Below are positions 9,043 through 19,591 of a DNA stretch of 64,000 nt, piece after piece. The DNA is from Polyangiaceae bacterium (GTDB lineage: Bacteria > Myxococcota_A > Polyangia > Polyangiales > Polyangiaceae). The notes beneath the pieces are model-generated. The model was given only the letters and a program-made list of their open reading frames with translations. It had not been told where the DNA came from and ran no database searches. The stretch spans positions 32,001 to 96,000 of the forward strand of contig JBILLK010000010.1 of the NCBI GenBank assembly GCA_044376115.1, given 5' to 3'. Each line of letters opens with the position of its first letter. The first letter of the stretch is position 1. The translations under genes were made by a program, and so were the position numbers.

Positions 9043-11655
9043 TCAACGCACGAGCCTCGCGAGCTTCTCCATTACGCTCTGAATCTCGGGTCCGCCGGCA
9101 AGCAACTCAGCCATCGGGTCGCCTTCTGCCGCCACCCGCGCGGGCACCGTGGCGATCGTGAACTGCGCTGGGTCGAGCGAAGGAACGACCTCGCTCCAGC
9201 GCAGCGGAGTCGACACCCGAGCTCCGGCCGTCGCGCGCACCGAGTACGGCGCGACGATCGTCCGCGAAGGGCCTGTTTGCCCTGTATCGACGTAGACCTT
9301 GGCGCCACGCTTCGCCACCACCCGCTCTACCGTCGCGAGCGTGGGATGGGCGTCGACGATCAGCCGGCCAAGCAGATCCGTCAGCACCCGCGCAGCCTCT
9401 GGCGCGACCCCTTTACCAAGCGGTACGAACACATGCAGACCGGTCTGACCGCTCGTCTTCGGATAGCCGGTGAGACCCAGCTGCGCCAAGATCTCTCGCA
9501 ACGTGTGCGCGAGCACCACCGCGTTCGCCAACGTCGAGAGGTCCACGTCGAAGTCGATGGTCAGAAAGTCACACTGCTCGGATGCACCGACCCGTGAGCC
9601 CAACATGTGAATCGGGATGCAAGCGAGGTTCGCCACATAGAGCAGGCTCTCAACGCGGTCGATCAGGAACACATGTTTCGTCGCGTCGCCCTCGTCAGCG
9701 CTCTTTTGATGTTTGCCCAGCAGCACCGAACGCACCCACGAAGGCATGCCGTGGGGCACGTTCCATTGGTAGAAGTTCTTGCCCTCGATCCCGTCGGGGT
9801 AGCGCACGAGCATGATCGGTCGGTCCTGCAAGTAAGGCAGAATCACCGGCGCCATGGTTCGGTAATACTCGACCAGATCGCCCTTGGTTTGGCCCGAGTC
9901 GGGCCAGAACACCTTGCTCTGGTTGCTGAGCCGAACGCTGATCTCCTCGCTCGGAGCAGCCTCCTGCGCTTTTAGCAGCGGTAACCTCGACGGGTCGTCG
10001 GACTGCGGTCTGGCGCGACAATCTTCGGGCCGAACATTCGGTTCAACGCCCAAGAACACGGGGAATCGCAGGGCGCCCTCATCGCTCCACTCGAGGTAGC
10101 GCACGCGCACGACCAGAAACGGCTCGACGTAGGAGCGACCCCGCGGAGCCGAATCGTAGCCCCCGATCGCGGTCTCCCGCGGCCGTTCATGACCCTTGAG
10201 CAGCTCGCGCAGCTCGTCGACCCGCGCGTCATTGAGCCCCGATCCGACCTTGCCCCGAACCACCCATTGCGCGCCGTCGAAGGAGGCCAAGTCGAGCGCG
10301 CCGAGCCGGTTGCGGCTGCCCTCGCCCACCGTGTAACCGACGACGACGAAGTGGTCTTCGCGCTCGCACTTGGTCTTGACCCAGTCGGCGGTGCGCTGCG
10401 GACCAGGGTGATAACGCGAGTCGGCCCGTTTGGAGACGATGCCCTCGAGCCCCTGCTGGCGACAAAAGTCGAACAGCCGTTGCCCCGAATCCTCCAAATG
10501 ATCGAGCACGCGCAGTAGCCCGGCCGCGCGGATCAACCGCGCGAGCAGGCGCTTTCGTTCGCGCAGCGCGACATCGAGCAACGGCACGTCACCGATGCGC
10601 AGTAGGTCGAACACCATGTAGACGACGGGCGTCTCCGAAAGGGCCAAGGCGATGTCCGGGCGTGTTGAACGATGGATCCGCGTCGCCAAGCGCTCGAAGT
10701 TTGGTTTGCCGGCCTCGTCGAAGGCGACGACCTCCCCATCGAGCACCAACTGCGCGGGCGGAAGGGCCGCAACGGCTCGAGCGATCTCCGGGTAAGCCGA
10801 CGTCGCGCTGCGTCCGCTGCGATAACGCAGCTCCACGCCTTCGGGCGTCTTGGTCGCGACCACGCGCACGCCGTCCATCTTCAGCTCGTTCAAATAGCCA
10901 ACGCCCTTCGGCACCTCGGCGAGTTGGCAGAGCATGGGCGAGAGCTTTCGTCCGTCGAAGGGCGCGCGGTTCTTGGTCAACGAGGCGGCCTCTTGCTCAA
11001 CCTCGGCGGCGATGCGAGGCGACTCACGCAGCTCGTCGAGGGTGAGCCCGGAGAGCACGCTGGTTGGTTTGGTGCGCGTGATGTCCTCTTTGCTGACGCC
11101 AGCGTCGGCCTTCTTGATGAACAGCCACTCAGGTGGGAGCTTCGGATCTTTGGGCTTCATGCGCACCAGGCCGAAGCGGCCCCACACCTTGCGACCCTCG
11201 AGTTGGAAGTGGAGCTTCCCGTCGCGCAGCCCTTCCTCGGCCGAAGTATCGAGATAGCGAACTACACCGAGATCCCAAACGATCATCGGGCCCGCGCCGT
11301 AGGTGCCCGCAGGGATCACCGCCTCGAAGTCGAGATACTCGATCGGGTGGTCCTCGGTCTGCATCGCGAAGTGCTTGACCTCGGGGTCGAGCGTCGGGCC
11401 CTTCGGCAGCGCGAAGCTGAGCAGCGCGCCGGCCATCTCGAGCCGCAGGTCGTAGTGAAGATGCGTCGCGTCATGTTGATGAATGACGAACGCCCCACGC
11501 CACGTTGCAGCGTCTCGGGCTCGCACCAGCGGGTCAAACACCGGCTCGTTGGTGCGGGCTAGGTCGCGCTTGGCTCGGTAGGCAGCAGCAGCGTCATTCG
11601 CTGGCCCTTCAGCGGAACGTACCGGGCTTGGGCTCTTGGTACGGCGCGAGGCCAC
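9043..11655 (-). CDS. ligD: NHEJ ATP-dependent DNA ligase D (phosphoesterase-ligase-polymerase)
   Basis: PE domain HDATHLHYDLRLE, ligase motifs ELKMDGVR and EGIVSK, polymerase motifs RYPDG, DFD and KTSGQTGLHVFVP. Confidence 0.95.
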   Translation of the reverse strand: MASRRTKSPSPVRSAEGPANDAAAAYRAKRDLARTNEPVFDPLVRARDAATWRGAFVIHQHDATHLHYDLRLEMAGALLSFALPKGPTLDPEVKHFAMQTEDHPIEYLDFEAVIPAGTYGAGPMIVWDLGVVRYLDTSAEEGLRDGKLHFQLEGRKVWGRFGLVRMKPKDPKLPPEWLFIKKADAGVSKEDITRTKPTSVLSGLTLDELRESPRIAAEVEQEAASLTKNRAPFDGRKLSPMLCQLAEVPKGVGYLNELKMDGVRVVATKTPEGVELRYRSGRSATSAYPEIARAVAALPPAQLVLDGEVVAFDEAGKPNFERLATRIHRSTRPDIALALSETPVVYMVFDLLRIGDVPLLDVALRERKRLLARLIRAAGLLRVLDHLEDSGQRLFDFCRQQGLEGIVSKRADSRYHPGPQRTADWVKTKCEREDHFVVVGYTVGEGSRNRLGALDLASFDGAQWVVRGKVGSGLNDARVDELRELLKGHERPRETAIGGYDSAPRGRSYVEPFLVVRVRYLEWSDEGALRFPVFLGVEPNVRPEDCRARPQSDDPSRLPLLKAQEAAPSEEISVRLSNQSKVFWPDSGQTKGDLVEYYRTMAPVILPYLQDRPIMLVRYPDGIEGKNFYQWNVPHGMPSWVRSVLLGKHQKSADEGDATKHVFLIDRVESLLYVANLACIPIHMLGSRVGASEQCDFLTIDFDVDLSTLANAVVLAHTLREILAQLGLTGYPKTSGQTGLHVFVPLGKGVAPEAARVLTDLLGRLIVDAHPTLATVERVVAKRGAKVYVDTGQTGPSRTIVAPYSVRATAGARVSTPLRWSEVVPSLDPAQFTIATVPARVAAEGDPMAELLAGGPEIQSVMEKLARLVR

Positions 11656-11656
11656 G

Positions 11657-12055
11657 TTACTCGGGCAACATGCGACGAACGAGGTTGCGAACGTCCTCGA
11701 GCGCGAAGGGCTTGCCGAGAAAGCCCTGGCACGAAAGACCGTTGAGCACGTCCTTCGACTCTTCCGCCGACAAGCCGCTCATGATCACTACCGGCAGGTC
11801 CACCCGCAGCCGCTGGATGGCCTCGAGCACCTTGCGACCGCCGGGCTCGGGCATCGTTAGATCGAGCATCACGAGGTCATAGCGAAAAGGCGCGAGCTCG
11901 AGTTTGCGCATGGCTTCCAAGCCGCTGCGGGCCGTGTCGACTTCCACCGGCAAGCGACGCAGTAGCCTCGCCGCTACACCCAGGATGAGTTCCTCATCAT
12001 CCACGACGAGCACCCTGCGCGGCTTAGGATAGGTGGAAGGAGTGATCACGGCCAT
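11657..12055 (-). CDS. Single-domain response regulator
   Basis: VLVVDD, MLDLTMP, MSG and KPF receiver motifs. Confidence 0.9.
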   Translation of the reverse strand: MAVITPSTYPKPRRVLVVDDEELILGVAARLLRRLPVEVDTARSGLEAMRKLELAPFRYDLVMLDLTMPEPGGRKVLEAIQRLRVDLPVVIMSGLSAEESKDVLNGLSCQGFLGKPFALEDVRNLVRRMLPE

Positions 12056-12304
12056 GTTGGAGCGACAAAGCTACACGAACTTCGCAACCATCGGCTACGC
12101 GAGATAGGCCAAGTTTTTGCCTACATGTAACGACCAGGCCCGCCTCGAATTGATTGCGAAATCGCGTTCGACCGTCGCAAGCGAGCCGCCACGACCTGAG
12201 GCTTCGACTCAGCAACTGAACGGATCGATTCTCATCGTGTGTGCAGCAGCAGCCTCTTCCGCGCGTTTCTTTTCGTGCACGCCATACGCAGTTAAAGTTG
12301 CTCC

Positions 12305-13168
12305 ATGGCGGCACGATCTACCGGCTCAGGCAACATCTCCTTTGGCCTCGTCTCGATCCCGATCAAGACCTTCACCGCCACCTCGGCGCAGTCGGTTTCG
12401 TTCAATCAACTTCACTCGAAGTGTGGCGGGCGCATCAAACAACAGCTGTTTTGCCCGCTCGACAACGAGATCGTGCAGCGCACCGACATCGTCAAAGGCT
12501 ACGAGTATCAGAAGGACAAGTACGTGCAGTTCAGCGAGGACGAGCTCAAGCAGCTCGAAGCCGAACGCACCGACCGCATCGACATCCTCGAGTTCGTGCC
12601 CACCGACACGGTCGACTTCATCTACATCGAGAAGACGGTCTACCTCGGACCCGACAAGGGCGGTGATCGCGCGTACAAGCTCCTCTCCGAGGCGATGGTG
12701 CGCACCAACCGAATTGCGGTTGGTCGCTTCGGCACCCGCGGCAAGGAGCAGCTGGTCTTGCTGCGACCGTACCAGGGTGGCCTGGTGATGCATCACGTGT
12801 TCTACGCCGACGAAGTCCGTAGTTTTGCTGATGTCGATCGCCCTGGTGAGCTCGAGTTCAAACCGGTCGAAGCCGAACTTGCGGACAAGCTGATCGAGCA
12901 GCTCTCCACCGAGTCCTTCAAGGCGGAGCAGTATCACGACGAGTATCGCGATCGCGTGATGCAGGCTGTCGAGCAAAAGGCTGCAGGGGAAGCGGTAACG
13001 GTCGCGCGTGAAGCACCGCAGGCGCAGATCATCGATCTCTTCGAGGCGCTCAAACGTTCACTCAAAGGGGACGGCGAGGCTGAGAAGTCTGCGAGCGAAG
13101 ACAGCGTCAAGCCTGAGGTGCACAAGGCTACCCCGAAGACACGCGAGCAGAAGAAGGCGACCGGCTGA
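12305..13168 (+). CDS. ku: NHEJ DNA end-binding protein Ku
   Basis: ISFGLVSIPIK, IVKGYEY, DEYR and IDLFEALKRSL motifs, basic C-terminal tail, divergent from ligD. Confidence 0.95.
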   Translation: MAARSTGSGNISFGLVSIPIKTFTATSAQSVSFNQLHSKCGGRIKQQLFCPLDNEIVQRTDIVKGYEYQKDKYVQFSEDELKQLEAERTDRIDILEFVPTDTVDFIYIEKTVYLGPDKGGDRAYKLLSEAMVRTNRIAVGRFGTRGKEQLVLLRPYQGGLVMHHVFYADEVRSFADVDRPGELEFKPVEAELADKLIEQLSTESFKAEQYHDEYRDRVMQAVEQKAAGEAVTVAREAPQAQIIDLFEALKRSLKGDGEAEKSASEDSVKPEVHKATPKTREQKKATG

Positions 13169-13239
13169 CGGCCCCTGGCGGCCGCCAACGATTTTTAGCG
13201 ACCGACGCAACTTCGCGAGGCTCATGACGATGGAGCGGC

Positions 13240-14379
13240 ATGCACAAGCTGTCCGTTCCCTCGCTGGTCGTTTCTGCCCTCCTTAGCGCCTGCCAAGCCG
13301 AGTCCATCGGCACCCTCGTGTTCGAGGACGGCGTGCGCCCCAACGAACCTTTGCAGCTTATGAGTGAACCGGCGTTCTTTCTTGGTCAGGTCGGCGCTCG
13401 CATCGTCCGCGTAGACGCGTCCGCCTTGAGCATCCGTGACGAGGCTGATTTCACCGAGGTCAGCGAAGAAGCGGCAGTGGTTGACGCCGCAGCCTTCGAA
13501 TCGAAGCACGCCTTGGTCATGCTCTCGAAAGGCGAGGAACAGCTGGGAGAGGTGTTCTCGCTCGATCTCGGCCATGACGCCCTGGGAGCTCCGAAACGGC
13601 TCGCGCGCTACGGAGGAGAGGTACGGCTCTTGGCGCTGCCGTTCGGCGCGCTGGTACTTCAACGAGAGGACGGTACGCGCTGGAGCTTGGCGCGCTTCGA
13701 CAAGGACGCTGTCCCGAGCGTTCCCTGCCCTATTCCGCAATCCATCCTCTCCATCAGCAGCCCATCGTACGAGCAGTCGAAGGTCGAGGCGGTGGCGCTT
13801 TCGGAGGGGACGTTGGTTCGGCTCGACGTCGACGTCTCGAGCGCTGGCCTGCAATGCACGCAAACCGAGCTCGGGCTGCCGCCACCCATCTCCGATTCGG
13901 TGCGCGCCGTGCGCTTCGAGCTGGCAGGCTTTGACGCTGCCGTGGACGTGCGCGGTGGAGCCCTCGCGGTGGCCCCGCTCGAACTGGGTGCTGCCGGATT
14001 TACCAGCACGCTGGTTGCTGCCGAGCGCATCGAGGACGTCGCGGCCTTCGAACAGGACGATCGTCAGGCTGTGCTCGTCCTTTCCGACGGCCCGCCTTCG
14101 CTGACGCTGCTGGAGCTCGGTCGCAACGAGGGCACGCTGGAGGTGGTGGATGTAGTGACCCAGCCGCTGGCAGCCGCGGATGCGGTAGGCGCCCTCACGC
14201 ACGCGGATTTCGGCTTCCGCAGGCTGCTAGCGTTGGTGCAGAGCCGGCTCTTCGTAGCGACGAGAACGGGCACGCTCGGGTTTGACGTCAGCTTGTCGCC
14301 TGAAGTTGGCTTGACCGCCATCGAACTGCCCGCCGAGGTCGCGGCGCTGCGTGCTCCGCTAACAGTGATCGAACCATAG
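13240..14379 (+). CDS. Hypothetical lipoprotein
   Basis: Lipobox LLSAC, GGAG RBS, 379-aa ORF. Confidence 0.65.
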   Translation: MHKLSVPSLVVSALLSACQAESIGTLVFEDGVRPNEPLQLMSEPAFFLGQVGARIVRVDASALSIRDEADFTEVSEEAAVVDAAAFESKHALVMLSKGEEQLGEVFSLDLGHDALGAPKRLARYGGEVRLLALPFGALVLQREDGTRWSLARFDKDAVPSVPCPIPQSILSISSPSYEQSKVEAVALSEGTLVRLDVDVSSAGLQCTQTELGLPPPISDSVRAVRFELAGFDAAVDVRGGALAVAPLELGAAGFTSTLVAAERIEDVAAFEQDDRQAVLVLSDGPPSLTLLELGRNEGTLEVVDVVTQPLAAADAVGALTHADFGFRRLLALVQSRLFVATRTGTLGFDVSLSPEVGLTAIELPAEVAALRAPLTVIEP

Positions 14380-14417
14380 CCCTTGTAGCCTTTGGGGCCT
14401 CACGAGATGATGCGCTT

Positions 14418-16154
14418 ATGAGCAGCGCATCTTCTTCCCGGGGTCTCCGATCTGCGACCCGACCGCTAAAAGGCAAGCTGCTGACAGCCATACTGCCGGT
14501 GCTGTTCGCCTGCGGCTCGGATCCAACCGACGGATCGAAGCCGCTGCCCCAACCGAGCGGTGGCGGCACCACGGTTGGAGGCAACGCTGGCGAGGGTGGT
14601 GACGGCGGAACCGGCGGGGACGGCGGCCTTGGCGGAGCCGGTGGAGGCGGGAGCACCGTTGGCGGTAACGGCGGCATGGGCGGCATGGGCGGCGCAGGGG
14701 CGAACGGCGGGATGGGTGGTGACGGCGGTATGGGCGGCGGCCAAGGGGCTTGTGACTCCGCAGGCCCGGTGGTGGAGAGCGCCGGGTCGCCCACCAAGTT
14801 GCTGTTGCGCGGCACGTTGTTGCTCCCCGCCGGTCCGCTCGAGGGCGAGCTCGTAGTGGATGGCAACCTCATTGTTTGTGCCGCTGCTTCCTGCGCCGCG
14901 CAGGCCAACGGAGCGACGGTGATCGAGACCAATGGCGTGATCGCGCCGGGCTTCTTGGATGCCCACAATCACATCCTGTTCGACATCTTCGACGAGGACG
15001 ACTGGTCGCCGACCCAGACGTACCAAAACCACAACCAGTGGCCCAATGATCCCCGCTACGGCGCGGTGGTGGACGCAAAACAATGGCTCGAGGGGCAAGG
15101 CGCCTCACCCGTATCGCTCGAGTGCGAGCTCAACAAGTACGGCGAAACCAAGGCCCTCATCGCTGGTACCACCAGCGTGCAAGCCTCCGCGGGCTCCAAC
15201 AGCTGCTACGGCTCGGTCTCACGCACGATCGACACCAGCGCCAATGACCTGGGCAGCGACACGATGCAGACCGCTACCATCTTCCCATCGAATAGCTCGG
15301 CCGACGGCGTGTGCGCGAACTTCGCCGATGGCGACACGACGGCCTACGTCATTCACATCGCCGAAGGCGTCGACCAAACCTCGCGCAATGAGTTCACCAC
15401 GCTGAACACCATCACCACCGTGGACGGTTGCTTGATCGACGGTAAGACCACCATCATTCACGGAACAGCGCTACAGCAGCCCCAGTTCGCGACCATGGGG
15501 CAAGAAGGCATGGGCCTGGTTTGGTCTCCCCGCTCCAACGTCTTCCTCTATGGCGCCGGCACCGACCTCACGAAGACCACCGATATCCCCACCGCGTTGA
15601 ATGAGGGAATTAACGTAGCGATCGCGCCCGACTGGTCGCTCGGTGGAAGTCAAAACATTCTGGATGAGCTGCGTTTCGCCGACGAGGTAGACAACGCGCA
15701 GTTCGGCAACATTCTCACGCCGCGCGAGCTATTCGAGATGGGCACCATCCACGCAGCCGAGGTGCTAGCGGTGGATGCACAGCTCGGCTCGCTGGAGGTC
15801 GGAAAGCGGGCAGACATCGCCGTGTACCTCCCGCTCGCCGCCGATCCCTACGACACAATCCTGGCCGCTACGCCGCGTGAGGTGACGTTGGTGCTGGTGG
15901 ACGGTCGCGTGCTCTACGGCGATGGGGACCTTGATTCGCTGGCCCCAGCCAACAGCATCGCAGAGCCGGTGGATATCTGCTGTCGCTCGAAGTTCCTTGC
16001 GCTAAGCGAGTCGGGCGGAACGCCGACGAACAAGCTCGGCCAGACCTTCAGTGAGATCCAGAGCGTGCTCGAGACGGAAATGGCGAACTACGACGCACTG
16101 GACTTCTCGCAGTGGGACTTCGCCCCCATCACGCCGATCGTGAAGTGCCCGTGA
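14418..16154 (+). CDS. Amidohydrolase-superfamily lipoprotein with Gly-rich linker
   Basis: Lipobox LFAC, PGFLDAHNH, IHIAEG, IIHG, APDW, GSLEVGKRAD. Confidence 0.85.
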   Translation: MSSASSSRGLRSATRPLKGKLLTAILPVLFACGSDPTDGSKPLPQPSGGGTTVGGNAGEGGDGGTGGDGGLGGAGGGGSTVGGNGGMGGMGGAGANGGMGGDGGMGGGQGACDSAGPVVESAGSPTKLLLRGTLLLPAGPLEGELVVDGNLIVCAAASCAAQANGATVIETNGVIAPGFLDAHNHILFDIFDEDDWSPTQTYQNHNQWPNDPRYGAVVDAKQWLEGQGASPVSLECELNKYGETKALIAGTTSVQASAGSNSCYGSVSRTIDTSANDLGSDTMQTATIFPSNSSADGVCANFADGDTTAYVIHIAEGVDQTSRNEFTTLNTITTVDGCLIDGKTTIIHGTALQQPQFATMGQEGMGLVWSPRSNVFLYGAGTDLTKTTDIPTALNEGINVAIAPDWSLGGSQNILDELRFADEVDNAQFGNILTPRELFEMGTIHAAEVLAVDAQLGSLEVGKRADIAVYLPLAADPYDTILAATPREVTLVLVDGRVLYGDGDLDSLAPANSIAEPVDICCRSKFLALSESGGTPTNKLGQTFSEIQSVLETEMANYDALDFSQWDFAPITPIVKCP

Positions 16155-16206
16155 GCGGCTGGCCGCTTCACGATTGCTCCTTGGCTCGCTAGCCTAGCCG
16201 CCCACA

Positions 16207-17745
16207 GTGCCGGTTCCCGAGAGTCTCAGTCGCCAACCCGGAGTCTTCGGACCGCTCGGTTCGTTGGCTTTTTCGCACGTGCGGCCCACCGCGGGGACAA
16301 GCGCCATGCGCGCGCTCTCGTGGCAAGACCTAACCCAGCGACTCGGGCTCAATCTTCCGTTCTTCATGGTGCACGACATCGGAATGTTGTTCGCGGCTCC
16401 CCGCGAGCAATACGTGATCGGCGCACGCGCCGATTTGCGGCAGGTCCTTGGCGACCGTGAAGCACGACAGCTGACCAGCGCCACCGAGCTCTACGCGAAG
16501 CTGCTGGAAGAGCTCACGGACGCTGAAGCGGTGCGTCGAGCGCGACAGCTCCGGCTCGGAGACGATCTGATCGCGACAGTGCTCGCTCGCCTATTGGGGG
16601 TGGTTTCGGCGAGGCTCTCGACCCGAGCCAGCTACCCGACGGCCGTCCCCTTCGATCCAAACCTGTTCGAACGAATCGAGCCGCAGCTCACGTCGTTGCT
16701 CTCGGCGGCAGACCGCACGTTCGAGAAGAACGCGCTCGAGACGCTCGCGTCGGTGCGCCTTTTCGTGCTCACCCTGGCCGACGCCATCGACACCGACACG
16801 CTGACGTTGCTGGGGCTACTCGGGTCGGACACCGGTGAAGGAGCGATGGCGCAGGTTGATTTGCTGAGCGCCTTCCAAAGCCCCGAGGCCAACGACATCG
16901 TGAATTTCTCGCTCGAGATCCTGCCCAGCGTGCTCGAGTCGAGGCCGCGTCCGGCCGCAGGAACCACCGCATCTTTCGGCTACAGCGGGATCGGTACGCG
17001 CGGGTCGATCGACAGCATGGTGCTCTCCGAGTTGGCCTGGGATAACCAAGAGCTCGCCCGCCGAATCGCAGACAACGAGCTGCTCTATTACGCACGTGAA
17101 CAAAGCCAAGAGGAACAGCGCCGCGTTCACTACCTGCTCGTGGATGCCTCCGCGTCGATGCGAGGAGACCGCCAAACCTTCGCGCGCGGCGTCGCGCTAG
17201 CCACCGGTAAGAAGCTGCTGCTCGAGGGGGAAGAGGTCGTGTACCGCTTCTTCGACTCCCGCCTATACGAACCTGCGCGCTCCAAAAACGGCCAACTACC
17301 GACAGCGTTCTTGTTGGCGTTCAAAGGCGAGCGCGGCCGCAACCCAGCACGGGTCTTTTCGCAGCTCGCCTCGGATCTCGAGCTACAGCGCAGCCGGGAT
17401 TCACGCAGCATCCTGGTGCACATCTTCACGCACGCTGCGCTCTACATCCCCCGCGAGCTGGTGCAACGCCTGAGGCAATCGGCGAACGTAGCGGCGGTCT
17501 TCATTCTGCCCTCCGGCGGTACGCTGGACTTGGCGTACCTCGACGTGCTGGACGCACACTGGGTCGTGGACCACGAGACCCTGTCCAAGAAGGAGGCCCG
17601 CAACAAGGCTGCACGGTCCATCCTCGGGGAGGCGGAGTCCCTACGTCGCGATCTCGACAAGCACGCAGCCGAAGGGCCCGTAAGTCAGCGCCGCGGCAGT
17701 GACACCCAAGGTCCGGAGAGCGCTCCAATGAGCAGGCGCTCGTGA
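16207..17745 (+). CDS. vWA-domain protein of the MoxR-associated type
   Basis: GYSGIGTRGSIDSMVLSELAW...NELLYYARE followed by MIDAS DASASM. Start may be 16306. Confidence 0.75.
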   Translation: MPVPESLSRQPGVFGPLGSLAFSHVRPTAGTSAMRALSWQDLTQRLGLNLPFFMVHDIGMLFAAPREQYVIGARADLRQVLGDREARQLTSATELYAKLLEELTDAEAVRRARQLRLGDDLIATVLARLLGVVSARLSTRASYPTAVPFDPNLFERIEPQLTSLLSAADRTFEKNALETLASVRLFVLTLADAIDTDTLTLLGLLGSDTGEGAMAQVDLLSAFQSPEANDIVNFSLEILPSVLESRPRPAAGTTASFGYSGIGTRGSIDSMVLSELAWDNQELARRIADNELLYYAREQSQEEQRRVHYLLVDASASMRGDRQTFARGVALATGKKLLLEGEEVVYRFFDSRLYEPARSKNGQLPTAFLLAFKGERGRNPARVFSQLASDLELQRSRDSRSILVHIFTHAALYIPRELVQRLRQSANVAAVFILPSGGTLDLAYLDVLDAHWVVDHETLSKKEARNKAARSILGEAESLRRDLDKHAAEGPVSQRRGSDTQGPESAPMSRRS

Positions 17746-19550
17746 ACTACGACGACGGCAATCAGCGCGCACAACTGCTGCGCACTCTCGGCCAGACGCT
17801 GCGTGACGACGACTACGCGATGGTCGTTCAAGAGATGCGCAAGCTGCTGCAAGGCTCGGGGGACGTGCGCGGGATGGCCACGCTGGATTGGTACCTCGAC
17901 CCGAACCGCGTCCCCAAGGACCTACTGGCCCGCCTGCCGGTTCGAGATCGCGCGAGGACCTCGCTTGCGCTTGCTGAGCGTGCCGAGCGCGAACGCGATG
18001 CAAACCGCGCACAGCGTCACTTCGCTGAGGCCGCCACGCTTTATGAGAACGCAGGCTTCATCGCGCGCGCAGCGATCTGTCGCGAGAAGGCGAACGACCC
18101 GGCACAGGCGGGAGTGCTCTACTCGCGACTCTCGCAGGTTCTACTCGGCTCGGAGTCGGAGTCCTACGCCGCAGCCCTCGCGCGCTTCAATGTCGCGCGG
18201 ATGCTCAAGTTGACTGGGCAGACCGCGAGTGCGCGCGAAGCCTTGGTATCCGCGGTGCACTTGCTCGAACAAGCAGCGGACACCTTCGAGACGATCGGCC
18301 AGCGCGAGCGGGCCTTCGACTGTTTTCAGGTGCTGATCGCCGTCGGCAAAGAGAGCAAAGAGTTCGAGCATGTGCTCGAGGGCTATGTGAACGTCATCCG
18401 GATCTTGCGCGAAGACAACCTCCGCCACTACGCCATTCAGTCGTACGAAGAGGTTGTCCAAGCAGCAGAGAAGCAAGGCGAGCTAGCGGCCGCCGCCACG
18501 CTTGCTCGTGAGATGGCGACGTATGCACGCACCCAAGGGCTGGCGAACGTCGCCAATCAGGCGGTGCTCAATCAAGCCAAGTTGTGGCAAGACGTCGCTT
18601 CCACCAGCATCTCCCGCGGCTCACCACCGGAGATCGCCGAGAACGCTCTGCTAGCGGCTGTGCTCGCCTTCGGCGAGGCTGGGCAGTTTGGCAGGGTCGG
18701 TCTCTTGTACCGCCAGCTCGCGACCTTGGAGCTGAGCGAGGCCCGCCGCGGTCACTACGCGCGTGCTCAAATGCGCTACGGAACGGCCACGGATCTGGCG
18801 ATCGACGCTTCCCCGCTGCCAACCCATCTCCGTCACGAAGTAGGATTTCCCGAGGTTTGGCACGTTGATCTGGTGGAGTGGGAACAACGCGGGAGCGCAA
18901 CCGAAGCTTGCGCCGACGTCGTACTGGATCCTGCTTGGGGAGACGCGAGCCGACGAAAGGCGCTGTGTGCAAGGTTGGTAGCCATTGGTGTCGATGGCCA
19001 TGAGGAAGCGCGTCAACAGCCACCGTCTGCGCTGCTCAGCCATGTGGCTGGTCTGCTCGGGGAGATCCGCCTTTACTCAATCTTGGCCCCGCTCGAAGCG
19101 CTAGCGCGTCACCAAGATCCAGCCGTGCGCGTCTCGGCGATGCGGGCACTGGCGCAGTTTCTGTTCAAGCGCACCTTCATCGCCGTTCGTGACGGCCTCG
19201 CCGATAGCAACGACCACGTGGTCAACGAGGCAGCACGGACGCTCGAGGTCTTGCACTTCGCCCCGGCGCTCGATCCGCTGGTTCGCATCTTCCAAGAGTC
19301 CTCCGACGCACGAGCTCGCCAAGGAGCCTTGCGTGCCTTGGTTCGAATCGATTCGGCCGAGGCGGCTTCCTTCTTGCTGGACGTGCTGGCGCATGAACGA
19401 AACGTCGAGCGTAGAATCGCCGTGGAAGCCTTGAAGACCGCCAGCGGCTCTCGGTTCATCGATGCTGCGCGGCAACGCTTCCCACGGATGACCGACGACG
19501 AAAAAAACACCTTGCGTGAAGTGTTCCGCGCGCGCGGTATTCCGCTCTAA
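17742..19550 (+). CDS. TPR/SNAP-like + HEAT-repeat protein
   Basis: All-helical, with C-terminal HEAT-like units (DPAVRVSAMRAL, LADSNDHVVNEAARTL). GTGA overlap with the vWA gene. Confidence 0.75.
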   Translation: MNYDDGNQRAQLLRTLGQTLRDDDYAMVVQEMRKLLQGSGDVRGMATLDWYLDPNRVPKDLLARLPVRDRARTSLALAERAERERDANRAQRHFAEAATLYENAGFIARAAICREKANDPAQAGVLYSRLSQVLLGSESESYAAALARFNVARMLKLTGQTASAREALVSAVHLLEQAADTFETIGQRERAFDCFQVLIAVGKESKEFEHVLEGYVNVIRILREDNLRHYAIQSYEEVVQAAEKQGELAAAATLAREMATYARTQGLANVANQAVLNQAKLWQDVASTSISRGSPPEIAENALLAAVLAFGEAGQFGRVGLLYRQLATLELSEARRGHYARAQMRYGTATDLAIDASPLPTHLRHEVGFPEVWHVDLVEWEQRGSATEACADVVLDPAWGDASRRKALCARLVAIGVDGHEEARQQPPSALLSHVAGLLGEIRLYSILAPLEALARHQDPAVRVSAMRALAQFLFKRTFIAVRDGLADSNDHVVNEAARTLEVLHFAPALDPLVRIFQESSDARARQGALRALVRIDSAEAASFLLDVLAHERNVERRIAVEALKTASGSRFIDAARQRFPRMTDDEKNTLREVFRARGIPL

Positions 19551-19591
19551 TTTGGGTTGCTAGCGAGCGCACAGTCCTGGACCATCGCGTC

